DNA from: a virus
DNA length: 64,000 nt
IMG/VR virus record: IMGVR_UViG_3300025282_000024
Reading direction: 5' to 3' (one strand)
Position 1 is the stretch's first letter, and each line of letters starts with the position of its first letter. Of this stretch, positions 15,953-24,998 are shown piece after piece. The notes under the pieces are model-generated. The model worked only from the letters and a program-made list of their open reading frames with translations. It was not told the DNA's origin and did not search any database. The translations under genes and the position numbers were made by a program.

Positions 15953-18924
15953 TTCTTAGCCTGCCACGATTTTCTGTAGAGGCTGATATCCTCATCAGAC
16001 ATAAGCGAGCCGGGAAGGCTTCTGCGAATTTCTTCATCACTTGCATGCCGGGCCGCGGCAATGAGCGCTTTTTGTTTCGCATCGGCCATTTTTTTCAGGC
16101 GCTCCTGTTCAGCTAGTGATTTATCTTTAAGTTTATCAACGGCGGCGTCTTTGTTTTTTGCAAGCACGTGATCGGGAATCTGTAACACGCCTCTTATTTT
16201 TGTTTCCCAGGAATCTGCTCTAAAATTATTATCAACGGCCGTAACAATATAATAGCCCCCGTTTAAAATCCCCTCTTTCCAAAAATGTCCCCCACTTATT
16301 AAATCAGTGTTGACGTAAAACATCTGGCCAATAAAGAAAAAAGGATTACCAACGAGCCTCAATTCACAAACAAACTTAGAAGGTTGAATAATGCCCTCGC
16401 GTGAACTTTGGGCTCCTCCTGCTTGTCCATTTCTCATCAAGGCGGTTGAAAATAAAGTGTTTCCTGCTTGAGTAAAATTAATCGTTTTGAGGACTCCTCG
16501 ACGCGGACCACCCACAAAAAAATGAAATATTCCCCTTTCAAGATCTTCGGCCATATTTCCATTATATATTGATTCCCCCTTTGCTGCAATTTTTCTTTGT
16601 GCATGTAAAACAAATGTATTAGAAGTGTTTGCAATAGATGTCGTCTGTAATGTGTTTAATGATGTTTTAGGTACAGTTTTATCATCAAATGCGCGAAGCT
16701 GGATAGTGTCTCCTGCTTTTTTTAAGGGCTCAGATGGAAGATCCACAGACGTTATATCCATTTTAAAACTCACAGGAAGTAATGACGCCTGAGTGAATTC
16801 AGCAGCCTTACCAAATACTCCTTGAGTTTTGTCCATTATAAATTTGATGAGATCAAAAGTAAATTGCAAAAGGGGATAAACAGCCCTTCCGGTACCAACA
16901 ATCTTTTGGGCAACAAAAATATGAAATATTTCTAGAGAGATTGGAAGATCATATAAGCTCATTCGAGTGGCAGTTTCATCGTTGCGAGGAATATCATATT
17001 CCCCCAGCAATACTTTGAAATTTGGCGCGTCTTCCGCCAATCTTTTTCCAAAATTGCCGTTTTCCAGAATAACAGTCAGCAAATCACCAAGTCGGAAAAA
17101 ATACATTTTTTCACCTTTTTTATAGGCCGGTGTGCCCACTGTTTCCCACAAGTTTGCATCGCCGTGTTCGGTTCGTTGCCTTTGTGTTCTCCCTTTTAGG
17201 CTGCACCCCCTTTTGTTTCCTCCCGGGCGAAGCATATCTTTGGCCTTCTCTTTTGGCGTAAGAGGCTCAAGGGATGGCGCAAGGCGAGGATATAGAGTTG
17301 ACAAAAGCGCCGCGGCGTGGGACAGCATGGGGGCCCCGGATGTCTCGGATCCCGGGCTTGGGACCGCACCTCCTCCGGGCTTTTTTACTTTCTTTTGAGC
17401 CCTCTTGAGCTTTTTTTGATCCTTCTCATCGTGTGAGCCTCCAAATTTTTTAACTGCATCAAGAAGATTTGCATAATTTCCAAAATTAGAGCCGCGGCCG
17501 GTAGGAATCCAAGCCAATTTGCAGTCATCCCTCAGTTTCTCCACATACGAAAACATATGTTTGCCTTTTATACTGTTTTCATACTCTTTTATTTGTTTTC
17601 TTACTCTTCTAATCTCCTTCCTGAGTTTCCGAAGCGCTTTCTGACTAGCTCTTTTTTCCAGAGCTTTTCTAACCTTGGCCACTTTTCTTGCATTTTTTCG
17701 TTCTATTTCGCTCCTTTCCAAAAGGGATCCCTTAGTCCTCGTGGCCTGCTGTAGAGCTTCAAGCTGCGACTTCCCTTGGCGACCGGTCGCCTTATTATAT
17801 TTATTATAAGCGGTGGCTAGCTTGTCTAAAGCATCTTTAACCTTTGGATAAGTGCCCTTTGCGTCCTGTCGTGCCCCAATAGAAAGTCGAGCTTTTTTAA
17901 GTTCTTCCATCGCTCTTTGAATTGCTAATATATCTCTAAAACTACCTTCAGCGCCTGATGATTTGCCTTTAAAGCCGGATCCCGCAAAGCTATTTTCCAG
18001 CTCACGAATTTTCTTTTTAAGCCCATCCAGAGTTTTATCTCTCTCGTTTGCAGCAACAGCGGCCATTAAAATATCGGCACCAGAAAAAGTCGCCTCAAGG
18101 GCACCTTTATATTTGGCCGTAAGAACCAATGAACCATCTTCATGGAATTCCATATTATGAGTATAAAGATCGGCAGCAATTGAAACTCTGCTCTTTCGTA
18201 CTGCTTCCACAAAACCATCCGGCATATCTCCCTTTAGCGGGTTCTCCGGATTCATTGCCCAACCTAAAACAAGCCTTACTCTAAACGATCTTTTGGTTTT
18301 TCTCAAAGACTTCGGAAACCTAATTAAATCTGCAAATTGCATTTGTGTTTCGCCATCGTTCAAGGTGCCCAATGGCTCAAATAATGTTTGAACGTCATTA
18401 AAAAAATATTTAACTGTTATATCCAAAACATTTGCGGAGACTGGGTTTCGGCCGCGGCCTTCCATCTTAATATCAACTTGTTGAATTCCGGCTTCTCTGC
18501 CCCTAAAAAGTTTTCCGGATGCTATAGCGGCCTCGTGAAAATCATGAAAGTTGGAGAAAGCACCGAAAGGAAAAGCATGTTCTTCAAGATCTTTTTTCGT
18601 CGACGCATCGTTGTGTATATACACTTTAAATAATTCAATATGAGGAACGAGCTGGCTGTAATCTAGAGAAGTGCCGTTAAAAAAAGAGTGCAGACTCTTG
18701 TTTGTGGTAAGCAAATTAACTAAAGAAGTGCCCTGAGCTTTGGGCATTGCTAATTTTTTAATATAGCCGCTTTGAGAGTGTTTTGCACGAAGTGGTCCAA
18801 TCAGTTGATCTGCGCCGACCATTAAATAGCCTTGTTTCCACCATGGCTTACGCGTATTCTGCTCATAAATTCGATTAGCCGATTTGCCTTTTGGTGGCTT
18901 ACAATCTTTAGCGGTAGTCGCCAT
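15949..18924 (-). CDS. Large baseplate hub-like virion protein
   Basis: 991 aa; C-terminal LVGNPFF.IGQ..YV...GGYYIVTAV.N.F..DSWET resembles the hub (gp27/GpD) C-terminus; position after tape measure and LysM genes. Confidence 0.55.
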   Translation of the reverse strand: MATTAKDCKPPKGKSANRIYEQNTRKPWWKQGYLMVGADQLIGPLRAKHSQSGYIKKLAMPKAQGTSLVNLLTTNKSLHSFFNGTSLDYSQLVPHIELFKVYIHNDASTKKDLEEHAFPFGAFSNFHDFHEAAIASGKLFRGREAGIQQVDIKMEGRGRNPVSANVLDITVKYFFNDVQTLFEPLGTLNDGETQMQFADLIRFPKSLRKTKRSFRVRLVLGWAMNPENPLKGDMPDGFVEAVRKSRVSIAADLYTHNMEFHEDGSLVLTAKYKGALEATFSGADILMAAVAANERDKTLDGLKKKIRELENSFAGSGFKGKSSGAEGSFRDILAIQRAMEELKKARLSIGARQDAKGTYPKVKDALDKLATAYNKYNKATGRQGKSQLEALQQATRTKGSLLERSEIERKNARKVAKVRKALEKRASQKALRKLRKEIRRVRKQIKEYENSIKGKHMFSYVEKLRDDCKLAWIPTGRGSNFGNYANLLDAVKKFGGSHDEKDQKKLKRAQKKVKKPGGGAVPSPGSETSGAPMLSHAAALLSTLYPRLAPSLEPLTPKEKAKDMLRPGGNKRGCSLKGRTQRQRTEHGDANLWETVGTPAYKKGEKMYFFRLGDLLTVILENGNFGKRLAEDAPNFKVLLGEYDIPRNDETATRMSLYDLPISLEIFHIFVAQKIVGTGRAVYPLLQFTFDLIKFIMDKTQGVFGKAAEFTQASLLPVSFKMDITSVDLPSEPLKKAGDTIQLRAFDDKTVPKTSLNTLQTTSIANTSNTFVLHAQRKIAAKGESIYNGNMAEDLERGIFHFFVGGPRRGVLKTINFTQAGNTLFSTALMRNGQAGGAQSSREGIIQPSKFVCELRLVGNPFFFIGQMFYVNTDLISGGHFWKEGILNGGYYIVTAVDNNFRADSWETKIRGVLQIPDHVLAKNKDAAVDKLKDKSLAEQERLKKMADAKQKALIAAARHASDEEIRRSLPGSLMSDEDISLYRKSWQAKK

Positions 18925-18935
18925 TCACTTCTCCT

Positions 18936-19271
18936 TTATTCTTCTTTAAAAATATTTATTATTCGTTCAATTGGACGTGGTATCATTACCAAGTCTCCCG
19001 AATCAAAATCAGACTCTAAAGGCTTTTGATTAAACCATGGGATAATCCACCACAAAGTAGAATCGCCATAGTATTTAGCTGCTAACTTATAAAAACGAGA
19101 ACCGACTCCCCAGTATTCTTCATCATAATCCAGATCAGCAGTCCACGTAAACTTTGCGGTAGCATATTGATCTATATAATTAACATCCCTAGAAGAAAAT
19201 TGACGCACGTACCTCGGATTTGAGTTACGAAAAATTTCCCGGTTTTGATATCTTGAAAATTTATATCCCAT
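18936..19271 (-). CDS. LysM-like baseplate protein (gp53/tail X-like)
   Basis: RFYKLAAKYYGDSTLWWIIPWFN...GDLVMIP. Confidence 0.7.
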   Translation of the reverse strand: MGYKFSRYQNREIFRNSNPRYVRQFSSRDVNYIDQYATAKFTWTADLDYDEEYWGVGSRFYKLAAKYYGDSTLWWIIPWFNQKPLESDFDSGDLVMIPRPIERIINIFKEE

Positions 19272-19299
19272 TAATTATTCTCCTTGTTAACACGGTGTC

Positions 19300-20223
19300 T
19301 TAAGCAACCCCCGATCCCAAATTGAAGCGTTTTAAGGCTGATTTTGCGCTAGCAACTTTGACGCGAGCCTTGGCGCCTGCTGCGGGTGGTTTTGGTGGGG
19401 TGGTTGCTTTGGTTTTTACCTTTGGAGTAGTGCCGCCGGCCGGCTTCGGCGGGTCTTTTGGCTCTGGACTAGTGCCTGCAGGCCGTTTGGGGCTCGTCTT
19501 CTTAGAGCCGGTTGATCCTTTACTCACAACTCCGGTATTATATGGAAAATTCGGTCCATATCCGTCCTCACTAAAAACACTTTTGTCGCCAACGGACGTC
19601 CAACCGACAGACTTATCGTGTATTACTTCAAAAGAAAAGCCAACTTTTACTTCGCGGGGGAGCGCTCGAATTGTGTCTTCTGGCCCCTGTCCTCCATAGG
19701 CCATGTTTCTAGCTAGTTTTCCAAGGCCGTGAGAAAATCCAGTAATAAAGCCGGTCAAGCCCTCGCCTGTATCTTCCCCAGTATGAGAATAACTACCAAA
19801 ATATTGTCCGTATTTAATTCTAAAAAAGGGAGGTGCTTTTAAAAGTGCTTGGCTACCTGCGAACCCAGAGATCCCCACCCCTGAGACTCCCGGATGACCC
19901 ACCTTTTCATATGCCGGATATAACATTTGTGTTATCTCATTAATAGTTTGAATATTGTCAATTACGCCGTCCATACCATCAAAATAATGGTGAGCCTGGC
20001 ATGAAAAATTTATTCTCATTGTACGAGCAGTATGTGCATATGTGGCAATGGGATCCATTCGTCCATATACATTTTCTTTCTTATAAGAAGGGGAAAACTG
20101 TTGGCTTACCTGCAAATTTTCCACCGGGACAGCGACGCCTGGATGCTTAATATGCAAAGGTATAATCCAAAGCGCCTTATAGGCTCTCTTTCTATTATTT
20201 CTAGAATATTCTGGTTTTCCCAT
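19300..20223 (-). CDS. Tail tube initiator/baseplate protein (gp48/54-like)
   Basis: VYGRMDPIATY..T.R, PPFFRIKYG, LPREVKVGFSFEVIH; position downstream of tape measure. Confidence 0.55.
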   Translation of the reverse strand: MGKPEYSRNNRKRAYKALWIIPLHIKHPGVAVPVENLQVSQQFSPSYKKENVYGRMDPIATYAHTARTMRINFSCQAHHYFDGMDGVIDNIQTINEITQMLYPAYEKVGHPGVSGVGISGFAGSQALLKAPPFFRIKYGQYFGSYSHTGEDTGEGLTGFITGFSHGLGKLARNMAYGGQGPEDTIRALPREVKVGFSFEVIHDKSVGWTSVGDKSVFSEDGYGPNFPYNTGVVSKGSTGSKKTSPKRPAGTSPEPKDPPKPAGGTTPKVKTKATTPPKPPAAGAKARVKVASAKSALKRFNLGSGVA

Positions 20224-20241
20224 TAGTTAAATCCCTCTATT

Positions 20242-22356
20242 TTATTGTTGAGCGTTGAGGCCCGTAATCGCTTCTGCTACTCTTTGTCCATCAATATTTA
20301 AATTAACTTGAATCTTTTTATCATTAATCCTTTGTAAAGCTGCCGTAAGCTGGACCATCCCTGCGTTATCTTGGTCGGCCCGGGCGGCCGTGTGACTTTG
20401 CATTTTAGCCAGAGATTGTTGTTGGGCAGGCGGTGCAGTGCCAACACCTGGGTCGCGGTCTGGATTGCCCACCACAGGTGACTCTCCCTTTCCTTGCGCG
20501 TGTCTAATGGTCTCTTCAGTGAACATTTGTACTGCGAACCCTGTTTTCCCAAAAATACCCAATTTAAGCAGCTCTGCTCCAATACTCTTAACAAGCCCAA
20601 ATGTACCCTGTAAGGTGCCATCAAAAGTCGCAAATTGTCTCTTTAACACATTAACTTTCGTGTTAGCCGCATTCAACGTCCCGACAACAACACTCCCCAT
20701 CGTCTTTTTAAATATATCCCCCATCTTCAGGATCTGTAAATTCACATTTCTCATCAGGCTGTTGGTGGCCTTGAAAGCTTTGCTCATTAAAAGGGCGCTT
20801 TGCTTGGAGGCTGTCAGTTGTTCAGTTATAGAAGTAGATGCATTTTTAGCTGCGTTGCTGAGTTGAGAATAAGACGCGCCCTGAGTATCAATTGATTTTG
20901 TTGTCGAATCAATATCTGTCTGCGTGCCAGAAAACATTCTAGAGGCTGACTGCACATCTGTTCCGATGGCCTTTGCAATTGCCTTTTGCTTGAACCTGTC
21001 CATCTGGTTGAATGTTTCGCCACTTTGGGTCATCATGTCTTTAAGCATTTCAATACGCTCGGACTCAGTGGCATTTACAAGATCAAGAGTGTTGAGATAA
21101 GGGCCGCCCATCATTGCATTTAAGTCACCCACAGCGCTAGCGGCTTCCTCTATATTATCAAACTGGCTCGCAACAGACATGACTTTGCCCATTTCCACCC
21201 CGGTGACCGCAGAAATTGCAGAAAGTTTCTTGAATTCTTCTCTAGCCTTGGGAAGAGGATAAGCAGCTAAATGTTCCATTGCGGCGCTAAAATTATTTGC
21301 AATAGTATCGGCACTCTGTCCAGTAACACGCCCAATATTAACCAATTCTGCGCCAAGCAATTTACCTTGTTTAATTATGCCTGAGCGTCGATATGTTTTT
21401 CCTATGACATCAAGGGCTTTACCAAAATTTTCGGCCCCCAAACCAACCTTACTAAATCTAAAGCTCATTTCTGTGAGCCCATCAACAAGTCTTGTATTCT
21501 GCTTGCGATTGGTACCCATCAACATCCCATAAGTTCGTGAAGACTTGACCATCGCTGTCATCGAGTCAGACAAATTTTTGATAGTGGCGCCAAGCATTCT
21601 GCTGCGCTTTTGCATGTTGATGAGCCGACCACTAAGATTTTTAGTTGCATTGTCGCCCCGTATCACCCCACCGGTAAATTTAGCAAAACCAGCGGTAACA
21701 TCACTTAACTCAAGATACAGCGTCTTCGCTGCCGTCAGAACCGTGCTAAAAAAATCCTTCACACCAGGAATTTTACTTGCGGCAAACGCAGCGGCAAATG
21801 AGCCGGCTGTGGCTACAAAATCGCTTTTTGCAATAGCATCGAGGCCCTTTGCGGCAGGTCCGAGAATCCCTCCAACTGCACCAGTTAAACCGGCTCCAAC
21901 CGCGACGGTGGCGCTTTGAAGTTTTTTAGCCGTGTCTATTTCTTGATTGCCAAGCGTTAGTCTTTTTTTGCTTTCTTCGGTGTTTTGTTTATTTGTTGCT
22001 AAAAGAGCTTCCTGGTGTTTTTGCAGAGCTAACGTTGCTTTAACAAGCTCGGCATTAACCTTCTTCTGCTGGTCCGTAGAATTTTTTATAAGGAGCAAAG
22101 CCTTCAAACGCGTTTTAGCAGCCTCAGAAGCTCGATTTTCATCATCAACCAAGCCCCCATAAGCCTTTTTCAAAGCGTCTGCTAGTGCTTTTTGTTCCCC
22201 AATACCAGCTTGCAAGTTTTTAAGAAAAGCGGCTGCAGCCTTATTCGCGTTATCAGCACTACCCGCAACACTTTTTAAAGTCTCGGCAAGTTTGGCTAAA
22301 TCCGCTTTTTCTAGCTGCTCAAGTAGCTGTTTTAAATTGGCTGGTGTCTCCGCCAT
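20242..22356 (-). CDS. Tail tape measure protein
   Basis: 704 aa, Ala/Lys/Gly-rich helical; follows tube and chaperone genes. Confidence 0.75.
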   Translation of the reverse strand: MAETPANLKQLLEQLEKADLAKLAETLKSVAGSADNANKAAAAFLKNLQAGIGEQKALADALKKAYGGLVDDENRASEAAKTRLKALLLIKNSTDQQKKVNAELVKATLALQKHQEALLATNKQNTEESKKRLTLGNQEIDTAKKLQSATVAVGAGLTGAVGGILGPAAKGLDAIAKSDFVATAGSFAAAFAASKIPGVKDFFSTVLTAAKTLYLELSDVTAGFAKFTGGVIRGDNATKNLSGRLINMQKRSRMLGATIKNLSDSMTAMVKSSRTYGMLMGTNRKQNTRLVDGLTEMSFRFSKVGLGAENFGKALDVIGKTYRRSGIIKQGKLLGAELVNIGRVTGQSADTIANNFSAAMEHLAAYPLPKAREEFKKLSAISAVTGVEMGKVMSVASQFDNIEEAASAVGDLNAMMGGPYLNTLDLVNATESERIEMLKDMMTQSGETFNQMDRFKQKAIAKAIGTDVQSASRMFSGTQTDIDSTTKSIDTQGASYSQLSNAAKNASTSITEQLTASKQSALLMSKAFKATNSLMRNVNLQILKMGDIFKKTMGSVVVGTLNAANTKVNVLKRQFATFDGTLQGTFGLVKSIGAELLKLGIFGKTGFAVQMFTEETIRHAQGKGESPVVGNPDRDPGVGTAPPAQQQSLAKMQSHTAARADQDNAGMVQLTAALQRINDKKIQVNLNIDGQRVAEAITGLNAQQ

Positions 22357-22426
22357 GTTGCAAATACCTCAAAATAATATACACCTATAAATAGTTAAAT
22401 AAAGGAAAATCCATTAATATTTGATT

Positions 22427-22616
22427 TTAACGGCGATGAGCTTCTTTTTCAGCTTCAACCTCTTTTTCTTTTTGCTCTAGTAATTTATCGAAATACCACT
22501 TGCGAAGACCAACAGGCAAATTATACAATTCTACAAGAGACCAATTACTATAATATTTCATATAGAAAAATTGCTCATACACATTTTGGATATACTCGTT
22601 AGTTAGACCAAAAAAA
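22427..22616 (-). CDS. Frameshift-accessed C-terminal extension of the tail assembly chaperone (GT-like)
   Basis: Open frame FGLTNEYIQNVYEQFFYMKYYSNWSLVELYNLPVGLRKWY with no SD/start of its own; entered at a T7 run. Confidence 0.6.
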
Positions 22617-23465
22617 GTCCGCACTAAGCGGAACCTCCAAAAGGTCCGAATGACCGCAATGAGAACATGTAAAATCATGTTTCAGATCTAAGTTGGGCAC
22701 CAACTTATCATAAGTTTTTCTTATATATCGCGCCTGGAGGGCCGGCAAAGAATTTATAAAACCATTTAAAGAATTTGCGTCTGCTACCCCATTCACAGAA
22801 ATAATAAAAGCTCTTAAAAAATCAGTCATAGGGGTTTCTGGAAAGTTGCGCTTTTTCTTGTGTTCTGATATTTTATTAATGGCCTTTTCATCATGGCCCG
22901 TTAATAATCTAGCCTCAATTACAAAATCGGTTGTTGGGAGAGGAATTAAAAAAGTATTATTATCAGTTAAAGTAATATTTTTACTCTCCAAATATTCTTC
23001 AGTCGCTGAGTGAGATTGTAGGGCGCCCAAGTCAAATTCATATTGTTGTTTTTCTTCACAAGAAGGGCATGTGGCATTAGTTTCATATGTGGTGCCATAT
23101 CCATGCGCTCGTGCAGAAATAATAAGCGCATTTTTATCCCCCAACAACAGATCATCGACTCTCACATGTTTATTTATGATAAGGCTCTCAAGTAGTCTTT
23201 CAAGGGCCAATCCTTTTTTTAACAACGCCTGTGAGGTAAGAATATCTTCCTCTTTGGTGGTCATATGCTTCATTTCAATAACGCTTTCGTTATGAAGGGG
23301 GTGGTTGGGTGGATAATATCTACCACCGCTTGGTAGCTCAACAAATTCAGTTGGCGTAATAAAATTTAAAACTTGGGGTGGTGGAGTTGACATACTTTCA
23401 GGTGAACGTGATGACACATCCGGCACCGCATGCGGGCCAAGACGGCCTTCATTTCTACTGCTCAT
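22599..23465 (-). CDS. Tail assembly chaperone / baseplate hub assembly protein (T4 gp26-like, two CxxC)
   Basis: FVELPSGG.YY, MTTKEEDIL, L..GDKNA, CPSC, CSHC, C-terminal DFFW. Confidence 0.75.
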   Translation of the reverse strand: MSSRNEGRLGPHAVPDVSSRSPESMSTPPPQVLNFITPTEFVELPSGGRYYPPNHPLHNESVIEMKHMTTKEEDILTSQALLKKGLALERLLESLIINKHVRVDDLLLGDKNALIISARAHGYGTTYETNATCPSCEEKQQYEFDLGALQSHSATEEYLESKNITLTDNNTFLIPLPTTDFVIEARLLTGHDEKAINKISEHKKKRNFPETPMTDFLRAFIISVNGVADANSLNGFINSLPALQARYIRKTYDKLVPNLDLKHDFTCSHCGHSDLLEVPLSADFFWSN

Positions 23466-23518
23466 ATTAAACCTCTCTTATCTCTTAAATATAACACACC
23501 GGTGTTAATAATTTAAAT

Positions 23519-24316
23519 TTATTTTTTTTCAGGGCTAAGACTCTTTTGGAAATTGGCGTCGCCAATATTCATCGTCTTGGCAAACTTTTTTGCTTCTTTG
23601 TCAAGAAAGGTGGAAATAGGTTTTTTGGCTTTGTCACTTAGGCCCACTCTTTCTAGACGACTTTCTAAAAGTTTGTCGCCCCACGTGCTTTCATATGAAA
23701 AGTCCTGATAATTAAAACCTAAATCAATGGTACCAAAGCCAGATCCTTGATAATTAATCGATGAAAAATTCACAGAAGTTAAAACTGGCCTTTCTATTAT
23801 CCATTGGCCCACACTCTGTCCTTTATTATCAAATTCAATAATATTAAATCTTGGAGGATTATCTTTCATGGCCATTTGTATTTTTTCAGGCTTCGCAAAT
23901 CCGTCCTGCTTTATGGACGACATCTTTTTATAATATTGGGCAGTTTTTCCCTGAAGTGTTAAAGAAGCTTGAATGGCAGCTGCCGTATTAGCGCCTTTAT
24001 TATGATTTACAACGTCTATTAATGTTACCTTTAAAGGTTTTGTGTTATAGCCCTGCGTGGGATATTCAATTCTTTGAAAGTCTCCAGTCTCTAACTGGTA
24101 TTCTGCAGTTATGGTTTCAATCCTAGAATAGCCCGGGCGATCAAAAGATCGAACCAAATATGGCTCTATATTTTGCAAACCATCTCCCCCAAAAATAAGA
24201 TCAGGAAAAATCAAAATAGCTTCATATATTCTCTTTGGCCTAGCTTCGTTGCTAGACCAAAATTGAAAAGCTTTTGGATTAAATGCTACAGGTTTTGTGT
24301 TATCAAAAATGCCCAT
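23519..24316 (-). CDS. Tail tube-like protein (second paralog)
   Basis: FWSS...PKR..., W....P....VNFS.INY, resembling 24335..24952. Confidence 0.6.
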   Translation of the reverse strand: MGIFDNTKPVAFNPKAFQFWSSNEARPKRIYEAILIFPDLIFGGDGLQNIEPYLVRSFDRPGYSRIETITAEYQLETGDFQRIEYPTQGYNTKPLKVTLIDVVNHNKGANTAAAIQASLTLQGKTAQYYKKMSSIKQDGFAKPEKIQMAMKDNPPRFNIIEFDNKGQSVGQWIIERPVLTSVNFSSINYQGSGFGTIDLGFNYQDFSYESTWGDKLLESRLERVGLSDKAKKPISTFLDKEAKKFAKTMNIGDANFQKSLSPEKK

Positions 24317-24334
24317 AAAATAGCACCACCTTAC

Positions 24335-24952
24335 TTATTCAGTAAAACCGAGTTCGCTTTGGTATTGTGCAATTGTGGCTGCCTGATTCATGCCGTTAAC
24401 CATGATTTGCTCTGGAATTGGTTGGTCCGGAGAAGCTGGCGCTCCTTCATATTGGGCCCAATCATATCTAAGAGTCATCTGGATATTGACCATCGTGTCA
24501 TTTTCGTAAGACAATTCTCCAAAGTTCACACCGGCAACCCACGCATTGAAGAGTGTCCATTTTTCAATGGCATTCCCTCTCGCGTCAATTTGTTGCAGGC
24601 TCGGAACTCCCAGAGCTTGAACGGCGTCTCTTTTACTAAAAGATCTTTTTGCATCTTCTTGAGTACCAGGAATGGCATAACCGGAAGCTTGAAGAGTTTT
24701 AACTATAATGGCAGATGCATCTGGAAAGACAGGATCAACTAGGCTTACTTGCATCTCTTGCCACTGAATTCTTCCAGGGAAGTGAAAAGTGTGTGCCACA
24801 AATTGATGCTGTACGGATTCAATTGTAAAATTTGGTTTTCCTGATGTTTTAACAACATAAGTGGGAATTTGATTCAAGACCAGAATCCACCTATAGCTTC
24901 TTTTCGGATCCACCGAAGTAGAATTCCAGAATTGTTCATTTTTGATTGTCAT
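24335..24952 (-). CDS. Tail tube protein (gp19-like)
   Basis: DPKRSYRW, FPGRIQW, DPV.PD, WTLFNAW...VNFGELSY, LRYDWA; directly after sheath. Confidence 0.85.
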   Translation of the reverse strand: MTIKNEQFWNSTSVDPKRSYRWILVLNQIPTYVVKTSGKPNFTIESVQHQFVAHTFHFPGRIQWQEMQVSLVDPVFPDASAIIVKTLQASGYAIPGTQEDAKRSFSKRDAVQALGVPSLQQIDARGNAIEKWTLFNAWVAGVNFGELSYENDTMVNIQMTLRYDWAQYEGAPASPDQPIPEQIMVNGMNQAATIAQYQSELGFTE

Positions 24953-24998
24953 TAGTTAAAATCTCCTCTTCTATTATAAATAGAACTAAATTAAATTT

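Noticed and set aside
22617-22678. Independent start at 22678 for the 83-aa ORF
   Set aside because: No SD, and the first ~20 codons are a by-product of the chaperone frame; frameshift entry explains it better.
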